A DNA stretch of 64,000 bases from an uncultured Verrucomicrobiae bacterium (GCA_963836755.1 CAWIKF010000002.1:1120001-1184000); one strand, 5' to 3'. Positions 47,803 through 59,549 are shown, counted from the stretch's first letter. Numbers and translations are program-made. Notes: generated from the sequence alone by a model not told the origin.

Positions 47803-48945
47803 ATGAATCTCGCGCTCATCCCCGCTACTCTGCGCCCCATTTGTGACAAAGTCCTTGACGGCGAGCGAATCTCCGATGCGGACGCGCTCGCGCTTTATCG
47901 CTCGAACGACCTGAACGCGCTCGGCGCGATCGCGAACATCGTGCGCGAGCGGAAAAACGGAAACGTCGCGACCTACATTCTCAACCGCTACATCAACTAT
48001 TCGAACCTCTGCATTCTTTCATGCCAGTTCTGCGCATTCGGCGCGCGGAAACGCGATGAGCACGCGTTTGCGTATTCCATTGACGAAATTGTTGGTGCCG
48101 TGCGCGACGGGCTGAGAGAGGGGATTACTGAAGTGCATATGGTCGGTGGGCTGCACCCGACTTTGCCGAAAGAATGGTATCTGGATTTGCTGACGAGCCT
48201 GCGCGCGCTCGATCCGGCGTTGAAAATCAAAGCCTTCACGGCTGTCGAAATCCGGCATCTGGCGCATCGTGTGTTTAAGCTTCCGTTGCGCGAGACGCTG
48301 GGGATTTTACGCGATGCGGGGCTCGCCGCGATCACCGGCGGCGGCGCGGAAATTTTCGACCAGGGCGTGCGCGACAAAATCTGCCGCGGCAAGGAGACAG
48401 CCGAAGAGTGGGCCGAGGTGCATCGGACTTGGCATCAAATGGGCGAGCGCAGCACGTGCACGATGCTTTACGGCCACATCGAAACGCTCGAGCAGCGCGT
48501 CGCGCATCTCCGTTTCCTGCGCGAGTTGCAGGATGAAACCGGCGGATTCACCGGCTTCATTCCGTTCGCTTTTGAGCCGGAGGGAGCCCGGCCCGAGCTT
48601 CGCCACATCCCACACGCATCGGCCTTTGAGGAACTGCGCAACCTCGCGGTCAGCAGAATTTTTCTCGATAACATCGGGCACATCACCGGCTATTGGGTCA
48701 GCCTCGGGTTGCCGCTCGCCGCGCTGTCGCTGAATTACGGCGTCGATGATTTGCACGGGACGATCGTTGTGGAAAAAATCTTCCATATGGCTGGTGCGAC
48801 GACGCCGCAGCGCCAGCGCGTCTCCGCGCTCGAAAAAGCAATCCGCGAATCGGGCCGCGAACCGATGCAGCGCGATAGTTACTACCAGCGCGTCGCCGGC
48901 AGTTCCCCCAAACCCTCGCGTCAGGCCGAGCTCGCCTGCGCGTGA
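47803..48945 (+). CDS. mqnE: Aminofutalosine synthase (radical SAM, CofH/MqnE family)
   Basis: CILSCQFC, VGGLHP, KAFTAVEI, GGGAEIF, MLYGHIE, EKIFHMAG; adjacent to mqnA. Confidence 0.87.
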   Translation: MNLALIPATLRPICDKVLDGERISDADALALYRSNDLNALGAIANIVRERKNGNVATYILNRYINYSNLCILSCQFCAFGARKRDEHAFAYSIDEIVGAVRDGLREGITEVHMVGGLHPTLPKEWYLDLLTSLRALDPALKIKAFTAVEIRHLAHRVFKLPLRETLGILRDAGLAAITGGGAEIFDQGVRDKICRGKETAEEWAEVHRTWHQMGERSTCTMLYGHIETLEQRVAHLRFLRELQDETGGFTGFIPFAFEPEGARPELRHIPHASAFEELRNLAVSRIFLDNIGHITGYWVSLGLPLAALSLNYGVDDLHGTIVVEKIFHMAGATTPQRQRVSALEKAIRESGREPMQRDSYYQRVAGSSPKPSRQAELACA

Positions 48946-49712
48946 GTTCGTATGCCTCGCTGGAAAAGTTGCGGATCGGCTGCGTTTCTTATCTCAACGC
49001 ACGGCCGCTGATTCACTGCTGTCACGGCAGCGTGGTTTTTGATCACCCGTCGCGGCTGGCGGAAATGCTTTCGCACGGCCATCTCGACGTCGCGCTCGTG
49101 CCTGTTTTTACGGCATTCAAAATTCCCGACTCGTTGATCGTGGATGGAGTCGCCATCGCGTCACTCGGTCCGGTTTTCAGCGTCTTCATGGCATACAACG
49201 GCGATTTAACGGACGTAAAATCCGTATCGCTCGATCCCGCCTCGCGCACGTCGTGTCATTTGCTGCAATGTCTGCTCGCGGAGTTCCACGACTTGCGTCC
49301 AAAATATTCCTCATCGGAGGAAGCCGATGCGCATTTGCTGATCGGCAATCAGGCGATCGAGTTTCGGCAGAAACATAGCGACGCCTTCCGCTACCTCGAT
49401 CTCGGTGAAGAATGGACGCGCTGCACGGGACTGCCGTTCGTTTTCGCCGTTTGGTTGCTGCGGCCGGGATTGGAGCAGCCGCTGGAAATTGCGGATTCGC
49501 TGCGCAGATTGAAACGCGACGGGCTCTGCCGGCTTGACGAAGTGATCGAAACGCAGCGCGATTTTCCGCCGGATTTAGCGGCGCATTATCTGCGGGAAAA
49601 TATTCGCTTTGAACTTGGCGACGCTGAAAAAGCTGGTCTCGAACGTTTTCGCGAACTGCTGGCGAAATACGGTTTCATCGGATCAGACGCCGCGACGCTT
49701 CGTTGGGTTTGA
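48942..49712 (+). CDS. mqnA: Chorismate dehydratase (futalosine pathway)
   Basis: IGCVSYLNARPL, SRTS, LLIGN, DLGEEW...TGLPFVFAVW. Confidence 0.87.
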   Translation: MSSYASLEKLRIGCVSYLNARPLIHCCHGSVVFDHPSRLAEMLSHGHLDVALVPVFTAFKIPDSLIVDGVAIASLGPVFSVFMAYNGDLTDVKSVSLDPASRTSCHLLQCLLAEFHDLRPKYSSSEEADAHLLIGNQAIEFRQKHSDAFRYLDLGEEWTRCTGLPFVFAVWLLRPGLEQPLEIADSLRRLKRDGLCRLDEVIETQRDFPPDLAAHYLRENIRFELGDAEKAGLERFRELLAKYGFIGSDAATLRWV

Positions 49713-49715
49713 AGT

Positions 49716-51911
49716 TCAACCCGGCAGCGGATAACGCTCTGTTAACGATTTGACCTGTTGTCGAATATTTGACAACGCATTCGTATCGCCGCCGCTCTTC
49801 AAAGCCGCATCGATGTGATCCGCGATCTCCATCATCTCCTCCTCCTTCATGCCTCGCGTGGTCACGGCAGGCGTGCCGAGGCGGATGCCACCGCCTTTAA
49901 AAACGGAAACGGTGTCGAACGGAATGCTGTTTTTATTCACGGTGATGCCAGCGTGATCGAGCAGGTCCGACGCGTCCTTGCCGGTGATTCCCTGCGGGCG
50001 CAAGTCGACGAGCATGAGATGGTTTTCAGTGCCGCCGCTCACGAGACGGTAGCCGTGATGTGCGAGGCGTGCGGCGAGCGCTTTTGCATTTTGCACGATC
50101 TGCCGCTGATACGCGCCAAAGCCCGGCTGGAGGGCTTCGTGAAAGCAAACAGCCTTTGCCGCGATCACGTGCATGAGCGGTCCGCCCTGAATGCCGGGGA
50201 ATGTCTGCGAGTCGATGCCTTTCGCATATTTTTCCTGGCAGATGATGATGCCGCCGCGCGGGCCGCGCAGACTTTTGTGCGTGGTGCTAGTGACGAAATC
50301 CGCGATCGGCACGGGGCTCGGATGAACGCCCGCGGCGACGAGGCCGGCGATGTGCGCCATGTCGACAAAAAGCATCGCGCCGACGCTGTCCGCGATTTGT
50401 TTCATGCGCGCAAAATTGATGATGCGCGGATACGCCGATGCGCCGGCGGTGATCATTTTTGGGCGAAAATCTTCGGCATGTTTTGCGAGCGCGTCGTAGT
50501 CGATGCGTTCGTCGTTCGGGCTGACGCCGTAATGCGAGACCTCGAAAAAGCGGCCGCTGAAATTTGCCTTGTTGCCGTGCGTCAGGTGGCCGCCGTGCGA
50601 AAGATCCATCGTCAGAATTTTGTCGCCGATCTCGAGCACGCTGAAATAGACGGCCATGTTTGCCTGCGAGCCGCTGTGCGGCTGGACGTTCACGTGATCG
50701 CCGCCGAAAAGTTTTTTCGCACGATCGATCGCGAGTTGCTCGACGACATCCACATTTTCACAACCGCCATACCAGCGTTTGCCGGGATAACCCTCGGCGT
50801 ATTTGTTCGTCAAACATGAACCTTGCGCCTCCATAACCGCGCGACTCACAAAGTTTTCGCTCGCGATCAACTCGATGTTTTCAAATTGCCGCTTCGCCTC
50901 CGCATCAATCGCGGCGGCGATTTCCGGATCGACTTCCGCGAGCGCGGCGCGCGAGTAATTTGGCACGCCGAGATGCTCGAGTTTGTCCACGCGCTCCGCG
51001 TGGCGTCCGCCGTCAAAGCTCGTCTGTAAATACGCGTCCACGATCCGTCGCGCCTGATCCTCGCCCACCTCTTTCGCGGCGAGGCAGAGGACGTTGGAAT
51101 TATTATGCTGACGCGTCACACGCGCGTCTTCTTCGCGGCTGACGAGCGCGGCGCGGATTTGCGGATAGCGGTTCGCGGCGATGCTCATGCCGACGCCGCT
51201 TTTACAAAAAAGAATGCCGTAATCGTAGCGGTTCGCGATGATCTCGCGGCAGACGGCGTCGGCGTAATCGGGATAATCGACCGACGCTTCCGAAAAAGTT
51301 CCGAAGTCGGAAACGACGAAACCTTTGCCGCCGAGATATGCCTGGATTTTGCGTTTCAATTCCACGCCGCCATGGTCCGCGCCGAGCGCGATGCGGAGCG
51401 GTTTGGTGGCGCTGGCGAGAGGTGGAGTGTTCATGGTTTTTGGTTTGGATTGATCGATGAAGTCGAGCACGGCAGGCAGCGCTTTTCGCAGCACGTCGCG
51501 GCATTGAAAATAGGCGTCGAGGCCGAGGCCGATCGGATCGGGAATATCGAGCGAGAACCGCGCGAGCTGCTCGTCAAATTCGCACACGAGATACGTCTTT
51601 TCCGCCGCATCGGGAAAAAGCATGTGAATCGTGTCGAGATGCGCGCGCGTCATCGCGAAAAGAAAAGTCGCGCGACGAGCGATCTCGTCGGTAAGCGGCT
51701 GGCTGCGGATGCGCGAAATATCGACGCTCCACGGCCGCAGCACCTCCAGCGCATGCGTGCTCGGCGGCTGACCATAACCGGCGCCGACGCCCGCCGACGA
51801 AATTTCGAAATCGTCGCGGTCGCTCGTCAGCTTTCGGAAAAGCCCTTCCGCCATCGGGCTGCGGCAGATGTTTCCCGTGCAAACGAAGACGATGTTTTTG
51901 CGCTCGGCCAT
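49716..51911 (-). CDS. glyA: Fusion: LMW protein phosphatase + RpiB + serine hydroxymethyltransferase
   Basis: CTGNICRS and [57 protein letters not shown] in one uninterrupted frame. Confidence 0.93.
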   Translation of the reverse strand: MAERKNIVFVCTGNICRSPMAEGLFRKLTSDRDDFEISSAGVGAGYGQPPSTHALEVLRPWSVDISRIRSQPLTDEIARRATFLFAMTRAHLDTIHMLFPDAAEKTYLVCEFDEQLARFSLDIPDPIGLGLDAYFQCRDVLRKALPAVLDFIDQSKPKTMNTPPLASATKPLRIALGADHGGVELKRKIQAYLGGKGFVVSDFGTFSEASVDYPDYADAVCREIIANRYDYGILFCKSGVGMSIAANRYPQIRAALVSREEDARVTRQHNNSNVLCLAAKEVGEDQARRIVDAYLQTSFDGGRHAERVDKLEHLGVPNYSRAALAEVDPEIAAAIDAEAKRQFENIELIASENFVSRAVMEAQGSCLTNKYAEGYPGKRWYGGCENVDVVEQLAIDRAKKLFGGDHVNVQPHSGSQANMAVYFSVLEIGDKILTMDLSHGGHLTHGNKANFSGRFFEVSHYGVSPNDERIDYDALAKHAEDFRPKMITAGASAYPRIINFARMKQIADSVGAMLFVDMAHIAGLVAAGVHPSPVPIADFVTSTTHKSLRGPRGGIIICQEKYAKGIDSQTFPGIQGGPLMHVIAAKAVCFHEALQPGFGAYQRQIVQNAKALAARLAHHGYRLVSGGTENHLMLVDLRPQGITGKDASDLLDHAGITVNKNSIPFDTVSVFKGGGIRLGTPAVTTRGMKEEEMMEIADHIDAALKSGGDTNALSNIRQQVKSLTERYPLPG

Positions 51912-52011
51912 TTTGTGCGAGAGACCATGCACGGGAAAGCGGGCGCGGGCAAGCCAACGTGCGCCACATCCGCGCTTGAGGTGCGGCTGCCGCGCGGCTA
52001 CCTTCGGCAGC

Positions 52012-52416
52012 TTGGAACTGGCCGTTTTGATCGACAAAAAAATCGAGCCGCTCTACCGATTCGCGCTCCTCCTCACCGGCAACGCATCGGCGGCGGAACG
52101 CGCGCTGCTCGCCGTCTGCTCCGAAAGTGCGCATCACGTGGATGCCTTCCGAACCGAAGCCAGCGGTATCGCCTTTCTTGTTTCAAAACTCCGCACCCGT
52201 TGCGTGAAAAACTCCGTCAATCCGACGGACATCCCTGCGGAACAAAGTTCCGTCGCCACGAAATTTCATGCGCTGCCGGAGCCGGGTCGCAGCGCGCTGG
52301 CGCTGTTTTATCTCGGGATTTTTAGCGCGACGGAGATCGCGGCGATGCTGAATTTTACCCTCGAGGAACTTTCCGGTGCGCTTGGCGATGCGCGCGACCG
52401 ACTGCTCGCCGCATGA
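52012..52416 (+). CDS. Short/divergent ECF sigma factor-like protein
   Basis: [14 protein letters not shown] (region 2) and [13 protein letters not shown]....ATEIAAML...ARDRL (region 4); start uncertain (TTG 52012 or 52027). Confidence 0.65.
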   Translation: MELAVLIDKKIEPLYRFALLLTGNASAAERALLAVCSESAHHVDAFRTEASGIAFLVSKLRTRCVKNSVNPTDIPAEQSSVATKFHALPEPGRSALALFYLGIFSATEIAAMLNFTLEELSGALGDARDRLLAA

Positions 52417-53174
52417 ACGCACAGTCCGCCGAGATTTTTCTCCGCTGTCACCGCTCCGGAGCGCGCAACGAAGATTCGCGGATTCAAAAAGCTCTGAAGG
52501 TCGTGGCGCGCGACGAAACACTGAAAGCGCGACTCGCCGCACAGGCCGCACTCGACGAACATTATGAGCGCGAAATTGCCGCGCTCCATGTCCCGGGCGA
52601 TCTCGCGGAAAAACTCGATGCCTGTGTCCCTGCGGGCGAACGCGCACCCGTCGATTGGCGCGGCGCATTTCGCCAGCCGGTTTTTCTCGCGATTTTCGCG
52701 GGAATTTTGTTCGTCGTCGGCTGGGGCGCTTATTTCGGGTGGAATCGCATGCAAAGTTTTCCTGGCAAGGAAAACGTGACGCGCCTGGTCGAAATCAACG
52801 ACGCCATGAGCGGGATGGAACTCGAGCCAAAATCCGCACAGCTCGGCAGCCTCGAGGATTGGCTGTTTTCAAAATACGGATTCGAGGACTTTTACGTTCC
52901 GCCAACGCTGGGCGCGTTCAAAACGGTTGGTGCTCGTGTGTTCAAACAAGATGGGGATCCCGTCGCGCAGTTCGCGGTCGAGCAAAACAACATGATTTGC
53001 TATATGTTTCACGCCGACGATTTAGGCGTGCATCTCGATCCGCAGGACAAATGGCGGGTTTTCGTCGACGATGATTGGGTTGCCGCGTTGCAACAACATG
53101 ACGACAGTTGTTTTATGATCGCTTTCCGCGGAACGCGGGAGGAAATGGACAAATTCCTCGCGACGCTCCGCTAG
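52413..53174 (+). CDS. Putative anti-sigma factor (single TM)
   Basis: ATGA-coupled to the sigma-like gene; helical N-domain, one TM, periplasmic domain. Confidence 0.6.
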   Translation: MNAQSAEIFLRCHRSGARNEDSRIQKALKVVARDETLKARLAAQAALDEHYEREIAALHVPGDLAEKLDACVPAGERAPVDWRGAFRQPVFLAIFAGILFVVGWGAYFGWNRMQSFPGKENVTRLVEINDAMSGMELEPKSAQLGSLEDWLFSKYGFEDFYVPPTLGAFKTVGARVFKQDGDPVAQFAVEQNNMICYMFHADDLGVHLDPQDKWRVFVDDDWVAALQQHDDSCFMIAFRGTREEMDKFLATLR

Positions 53175-53204
53175 CTTCCGCGTTTCCGATTCTCCTCTGA
53201 ACAA

Positions 53205-53810
53205 TCATGGCGTGCGAGTCGGAGTCGCGATCGATGTTGAGTCTACCGCGACAGCACGCCGCACAGGCACGTTGTCGGGAATGACCGCCGCTTGTTCAGC
53301 AATCCTCGCAGGAGCAGCATCCGAGACAGGGATCGCCCGCATCACAGGAACATCTTGTTCAGCCGCGGCAGGAATCGGGTATGCGAGCACCGCAGGATTT
53401 GCGCGGGGCGATTTGCCTTTCGATGAAACCTTCGTCGCTGCGAGAACAGGCACGTCAACAACCGGTTCACGAAACCGTTGCAAGTCTGCCGCGCGGCCAC
53501 TCTCCAAGCCTCCGATGTCAAAAAGCAGTTGCGCCTTTGCATCAGCGCCGACCACTTCTGCGCGATCTTTCATTTGCTGAATCCGCTCCGCCAACGCGGC
53601 ATCTTCGCGATTCACCGCATCCTTATTTTCGCGCGATGGATTGAGCCGATACAGGTCGACCGCGTGACGCAACCTTTCGCAGCTGCAGTTTTGTGTGAAA
53701 AGCTTTTCCGATTTAGCGTCTGGCTTGTGGCAACCGGTGAACCACAATCCGTTGCACGCCGCGAAAAAAATAAGTGCAGGCATTGGTGCGCGCATCTTTT
53801 CAGGCAACAT
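53205..53810 (-). CDS. Hypothetical exported protein or lipoprotein with a Pro/Ala/Val-rich tail
   Basis: FTGC lipobox-like motif, helical middle, low-complexity tail; start uncertain. Confidence 0.5.
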   Translation of the reverse strand: MLPEKMRAPMPALIFFAACNGLWFTGCHKPDAKSEKLFTQNCSCERLRHAVDLYRLNPSRENKDAVNREDAALAERIQQMKDRAEVVGADAKAQLLFDIGGLESGRAADLQRFREPVVDVPVLAATKVSSKGKSPRANPAVLAYPIPAAAEQDVPVMRAIPVSDAAPARIAEQAAVIPDNVPVRRAVAVDSTSIATPTRTP

Positions 53811-53917
53811 AACGCCTGTTTCACTCTTGTCGCGGTGAAAGTGCGCCGCTGACTGCGTCAGACTCAGGGCGAATCTGTTACTTTTTCGACGCGCAGGCCG
53901 CAGATTCAACAAGCGCT

Positions 53918-55261
<1,344 letters not shown>

Positions 55262-56680
55262 CTACTCGCGCTGGTATTCGAAAAATCCGTGCTCTTTGAT
55301 GACCTGCGCGACACCGCCCGGCACCATTGTCTCCCATGAATTGTCGCCGGTTTTTATTTTCTGAAGCACGTCGCGCGAAAAAATCGGCAGGGCTTGCGGG
55401 TCGTAATTATCGAGCGCGACGATGCCGTCGCGGCCGACAAGGTAATTGTAAAGCGGCCGCAGCTCATCGGACATCGGGAGATTTTCGACGGTCGTGAGCT
55501 GGCCGCTGGCTTGGTCGCGCAACGGATAGACGTAGAGCTTGAGGTCGTTTTTAAAAAGGCGCCCGAACGATTCGAGAATGCCGCCATCGAGCTGCGTGTA
55601 ATATTTTTCGTCGAACAATTCCACGAGGCTCGCCGCGCCGAGCGTGATCGCGATTTTGTTTTTCGTGTAGCGCGCGAGATAGGCGGCGAGGCGGTAATAC
55701 TGAAAATAATTCGAAATCAAAACCGTCATCCCGCACGCCGCGAGCACGTCCGCGCGCGCGAGAAAATCGCGATGGTCGAGCTTGCCGGTCGCGAGCAGAT
55801 TTTTCATCGTAATTTCCATCAACTGGACGACCTGGCCTTCCTCGACGCCGGGCATTTTCGTAAATTTTTCGTGCGCGCATCGGAGCATGTCGATGTTGAC
55901 ATTGCAGACGGGCCGGAAGCTGCCGCGCTCCACGAGGATCGGCTTTTTGTGCAGCACTTCGGACGGTTGTAAAACAGAGCCATCGGCTGCGAACATCGCC
56001 GCGTTGCTCAGGCCGAGCTGCACGAGAGTCAGGCTCATGATCCGGTTGTCGACGTGCCGGAACTCGATGCCGGAAAACTCGATCATGTCGATTTCGATGC
56101 GCGCCGTGGAGAGATTATCGAGCAGCGATTCCATCAGCTTGTCCGGCTCGTGATGATGGAAAAACGCGCCGTAAAGCAGGTTCACGCCGACGATGCCAAG
56201 AGCTTCCTGCTGCAACGCAGCCTCCGTATCGAGCATCCGCACGTGGAGCAAAATCTGGCTGTCTTCATCGCGCGGATGCGCTTGAAATTTCACGCCCATC
56301 CAGCCGTGGCATTCGTTGGTGCCCTCGTAATTTCGCGCTGAGACCGTGTCGGCAAATGCGAAAAAAGCCGTCGTGTTGCCGCGGCTGTCTCGCAGCCGAT
56401 TCATGTTCAGGCCGTGCTCGTAATCGAGCATGCTTTCGAGCCGCTCCCGGCAGACATAGCGTTTTCCTTTGCCGTAAATCGCGTCGCTTACCGTCATATC
56501 GTAAGCGGAAATACTTTTCGCGATCGTGCCCGAGCCGCCGCCGACGCGGAAAAACCAGCGCACCACTTCCTGGCCCGCACCGATCTCGGCGAACGTGCCG
56601 TAGCGGCGCTTGTCGAGGTTGACCTTCAGCGCCTTCCAATGCGTATCCAGCGTATCAGCGACCGTGTTCGTCATGACCAT
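55262..56680 (-). CDS. Conserved uncharacterised cytoplasmic protein with a nucleotidyltransferase-like C-terminal half
   Basis: KALKVNLD..YGTFAEIGAGQE, SAYDM, FADTV, ERGSFRPV; no signal peptide and no beta-barrel pattern. Confidence 0.75.
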   Translation of the reverse strand: MVMTNTVADTLDTHWKALKVNLDKRRYGTFAEIGAGQEVVRWFFRVGGGSGTIAKSISAYDMTVSDAIYGKGKRYVCRERLESMLDYEHGLNMNRLRDSRGNTTAFFAFADTVSARNYEGTNECHGWMGVKFQAHPRDEDSQILLHVRMLDTEAALQQEALGIVGVNLLYGAFFHHHEPDKLMESLLDNLSTARIEIDMIEFSGIEFRHVDNRIMSLTLVQLGLSNAAMFAADGSVLQPSEVLHKKPILVERGSFRPVCNVNIDMLRCAHEKFTKMPGVEEGQVVQLMEITMKNLLATGKLDHRDFLARADVLAACGMTVLISNYFQYYRLAAYLARYTKNKIAITLGAASLVELFDEKYYTQLDGGILESFGRLFKNDLKLYVYPLRDQASGQLTTVENLPMSDELRPLYNYLVGRDGIVALDNYDPQALPIFSRDVLQKIKTGDNSWETMVPGGVAQVIKEHGFFEYQRE

Positions 56681-56744
56681 TTGCGGAAAATGCCAAGACC
56701 GCGCCAGAAGCGCGAATGAAAATTTTTTGCGAAAAAAAGCGCGC

Positions 56745-58601
56745 TCAGCCTTCCACGCTGACGGGCTCCGGCGTGATTTGCGCCTGTTTGATCTCGAGAA
56801 TTTCCACCCGACGCGGCGTGCTGAGTTCTGTCGGCAGATCGATAATTTCGCCGACTTTGTGGCCGAGCAGCGCCTGGCCGATCGCGGTCAGATACGAGAG
56901 AATGCCGCTGTCCGGATCGCTGTCCCACGCGCCGAGCAAAGTGTAAACTTCGCTCTCGCCCGAATCGACATTCTTTAAACAGACCGTTGTCCCGATGGAA
57001 ACCTGCGTGGTGTCCGGATTTTCGAAATTCGTCCCGCGCGCGCGCGAAAGGCCCTGCTCCATTTCGGACTTCCGGCGCATCAGCACGCGCTGCATTTCCT
57101 TCGCCGCCTTGAATTCAAAATTCTCGCGCAGATCGCCGTAGCTGCGCGCGATGGAAATCTCCTTGGTGTTCTCCGGAATCTTTTTCGTGATCAACTCCTC
57201 GTATTCGTCCTTCCGCTTCTCGAGGCTCGACCACGAGACGATCAGCGCCTCCTGCTTCTCGCTCGTCTCGCCCGTGAGCAGTGATTCGAGCTCGGGATGA
57301 TTTCGAATGATTCTGCCAAAGAGCGACCGTTTATTTAACTCCTCGAAAACCGGCGTCAGCATCAGCTTTCGCATCGAATCGCGCAGCACGCTCGGCTCCG
57401 CGCCATCGAGCAAATCGGGTAAAAGTTCGCGATCTTCGACGAGCAGATCGTGCAATTTCCCGCCGCGCTTGATCTCGCTGAATTGATCGCGCTCCAGCGC
57501 TGCGAGGATGGCTCCGAAAACCTGCGGCGTGACGAGATCGCCGAACGCGCCGGTGTTGCGTTCCTTGCACAGCCAGTAAAGCACTTCTGTCGTGACCGAA
57601 TGCTCGCTGATCCAGCGGTCAAGCGCGCGACGCAGCTCCTCGTGTTTGCCCTGCTCCTGCAACAGCCGCCCGATTTCTGCGACCACGCGGACGCCGCTGC
57701 GAAGCATCAGCGCCAGCGCGCGCACGGCCCAGCCCTCGCCGAATGCCGCGGGCAAATCTCCCAGCACGCGCTTCTGTTTCGCTGCCGGGATTTCGGGTAA
57801 AATTTCGCTCAGCCGGCGATCTTCGTCCTGCATCAATTGCGCGAGCGTGATCGCATCCGCGCCACGGGAAAGGTTTGCTTTTTGGCAAATTTCATCGCGC
57901 GCAATCACGAGTTCAAATGCCTGCGCGCTGTTGAGCTTTTGGCTTTTGCGCGCGGCATTTTCGATTGTTAAAACAACTGGCTGCAAATGTGCGGCGTCGC
58001 CAAACGCGTCAAGGTTCTTGATGATCTGGTCAAGCGCCGCCAGCTGATCCTTGAGCCGGCGCGCCTCGGAGAATTTCGCGAGCAATTCATCGCCGCGCGC
58101 CACGGCTTCCTCGCGAAGCTCGATCGGCTCATTTTTTTTCGACGGCAAGCTGAAGTGGCCATCTTTTTTCAAAGTCTTCTTCGTCGCTTCCCACCAGCGT
58201 TTGAAGTCCGCCTCGTTCATCACTTCCGGCATGAGCGACTGCGCGATTTGGTCCTGCGTCGCCTTGCCGCCGTAGCTTTGCAAAATCTGCCGCACGAGCT
58301 CGACCGGCTCACTTTTCGCGGCAACTTTGACGCCGTCGAGATCGGTGACTTTGCGCGCGAGAATGTGCGAATCCGCAATCGGCTGCAGCGATTCCGCTGC
58401 ATAAGCGAGCTGCATCGTGTGGGCTTTTTTCGTTTTAAAATCGATCGTCATTTGGCTGACGAGAAAGTTGACCGATTCGACGCGGCCAAAGCCCCAGCTT
58501 TTGTGCATGCAGTAAGAGCCGGGCGTGAGTTTTTCCAGCGTCTCACCGGCTTGTTTCGTGAGTTTGCCGGCATCGACGGCTTTTTGAATTTCGGCATCCA
58601 T
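56745..58601 (-). CDS. Long GreA/GreB-domain transcription factor
   Basis: C-terminal ARSYGDLRENFEF, YTLLGAWD, SYLTAIGQALLG; ~460-aa N-terminal extension (HKSWGFG). Confidence 0.88.
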   Translation of the reverse strand: MDAEIQKAVDAGKLTKQAGETLEKLTPGSYCMHKSWGFGRVESVNFLVSQMTIDFKTKKAHTMQLAYAAESLQPIADSHILARKVTDLDGVKVAAKSEPVELVRQILQSYGGKATQDQIAQSLMPEVMNEADFKRWWEATKKTLKKDGHFSLPSKKNEPIELREEAVARGDELLAKFSEARRLKDQLAALDQIIKNLDAFGDAAHLQPVVLTIENAARKSQKLNSAQAFELVIARDEICQKANLSRGADAITLAQLMQDEDRRLSEILPEIPAAKQKRVLGDLPAAFGEGWAVRALALMLRSGVRVVAEIGRLLQEQGKHEELRRALDRWISEHSVTTEVLYWLCKERNTGAFGDLVTPQVFGAILAALERDQFSEIKRGGKLHDLLVEDRELLPDLLDGAEPSVLRDSMRKLMLTPVFEELNKRSLFGRIIRNHPELESLLTGETSEKQEALIVSWSSLEKRKDEYEELITKKIPENTKEISIARSYGDLRENFEFKAAKEMQRVLMRRKSEMEQGLSRARGTNFENPDTTQVSIGTTVCLKNVDSGESEVYTLLGAWDSDPDSGILSYLTAIGQALLGHKVGEIIDLPTELSTPRRVEILEIKQAQITPEPVSVEG

Positions 58602-58712
58602 AGAAGCGGTGAAGATAGGAGAGCGGCAGCGCGCGGCCAAGGGGAATTTGTCACGGCGCCGCGCGTGATTTGCACTTTACTCGGCATGCAGCGCGCTCGA
58701 ATCTCGCTTCTC

Positions 58713-59339
58713 ATGATCAGCTCTCCAACGCTCGACGAGCTCCTCGCGCGCATCCCGGCGCTGCGCATTTGCGGGCAGGAAATCTCGGACGCATTCGAGT
58801 TGCTGCACTCGTCGCTGCTCGCCGGCGGCAAGCTGCTGTTGTGCGGAAACGGCGGCAGCGCAGCCGACGCGGAGCATTGGGCGGGCGAGCTGCTCAAGGG
58901 CTTCATGCATCCGCGGAAGCTCTCGGCGGAAGAGGCGAAAAATTTACCCGATGGCTTGCGAAAGGGCCTGCAATGGGCGCTGCCGGCCATTCCGCTCACC
59001 GGCTTTCCGTCGCTCAGCAGCGCATTTGCCAATGACGTCAAACCGGAATTCGTCTTCGCGCAGCTCGTCTGGGCATTGGGAAAAAAAGACGACGTCCTCA
59101 TTGCCATCAGCACTTCCGGCTCCTCCGCAAACGTCTGCCACGCGGCTGAGACCGCGCGCGCTCTCGGCGTGCGCGTGCTCGCGCTCACCGGCGAAACCGG
59201 GGGGAAATTGCGCGCGCTTTCCGATGTTTGCATCAGTGCTCCCAGCAGATCGACACCACTCGTGCAGGAATTTCATCTGCCCATCTATCATTGTCTTTCC
59301 ATCATGCTCGAAAATGCATGGGCGGAAATTCACGGGTGA
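58713..59339 (+). CDS. gmhA: Phosphoheptose isomerase (SIS domain)
   Basis: CGNGGSAADAEH, AND, ISTSG, QEFH; start 58713 or 58686. Confidence 0.85.
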   Translation: MISSPTLDELLARIPALRICGQEISDAFELLHSSLLAGGKLLLCGNGGSAADAEHWAGELLKGFMHPRKLSAEEAKNLPDGLRKGLQWALPAIPLTGFPSLSSAFANDVKPEFVFAQLVWALGKKDDVLIAISTSGSSANVCHAAETARALGVRVLALTGETGGKLRALSDVCISAPSRSTPLVQEFHLPIYHCLSIMLENAWAEIHG

Positions 59340-59368
59340 CATTTTCCGCTCCGGAACTTTGGCGGCAA

Positions 59369-59449
59369 TGCTCGGGGGGGGACTCGAACCCCCATGCCTT
59401 GCGGCATGCGCCCCTCAAACGCACGTGTCTGCCATTTCACCACCCGAGC
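59369..59449 (-). tRNA. tRNA-Leu (GAG)
   Basis: Acceptor stem GCTCGGG/CCCGAGC, D-loop GAAATGGCAGAC, anticodon loop TT-GAG-GG, long variable arm, GGGGGTTCGAGTCCCCC; CCA not encoded. Confidence 0.96.
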
Positions 59450-59549
59450 AACTTTTCCGCAAAGAGAGCGTATGTTTAGCATGGCAAGGGTGACCTGCAA
59501 GCGTTCTTTTTCCTTCCAAAGAAGCCGCGCGAACCATAGTGATGCGCGC

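Noticed and set aside
57987..58685. Long N-terminal extension of the gmhA ORF
   Set aside because: Overlaps the Gre-factor gene antisense; SIS similarity begins only near 58713
59340..59460. tRNA-Leu as an integration site
   Set aside because: No integrase nearby and no duplicated tRNA 3' end noticed in the window
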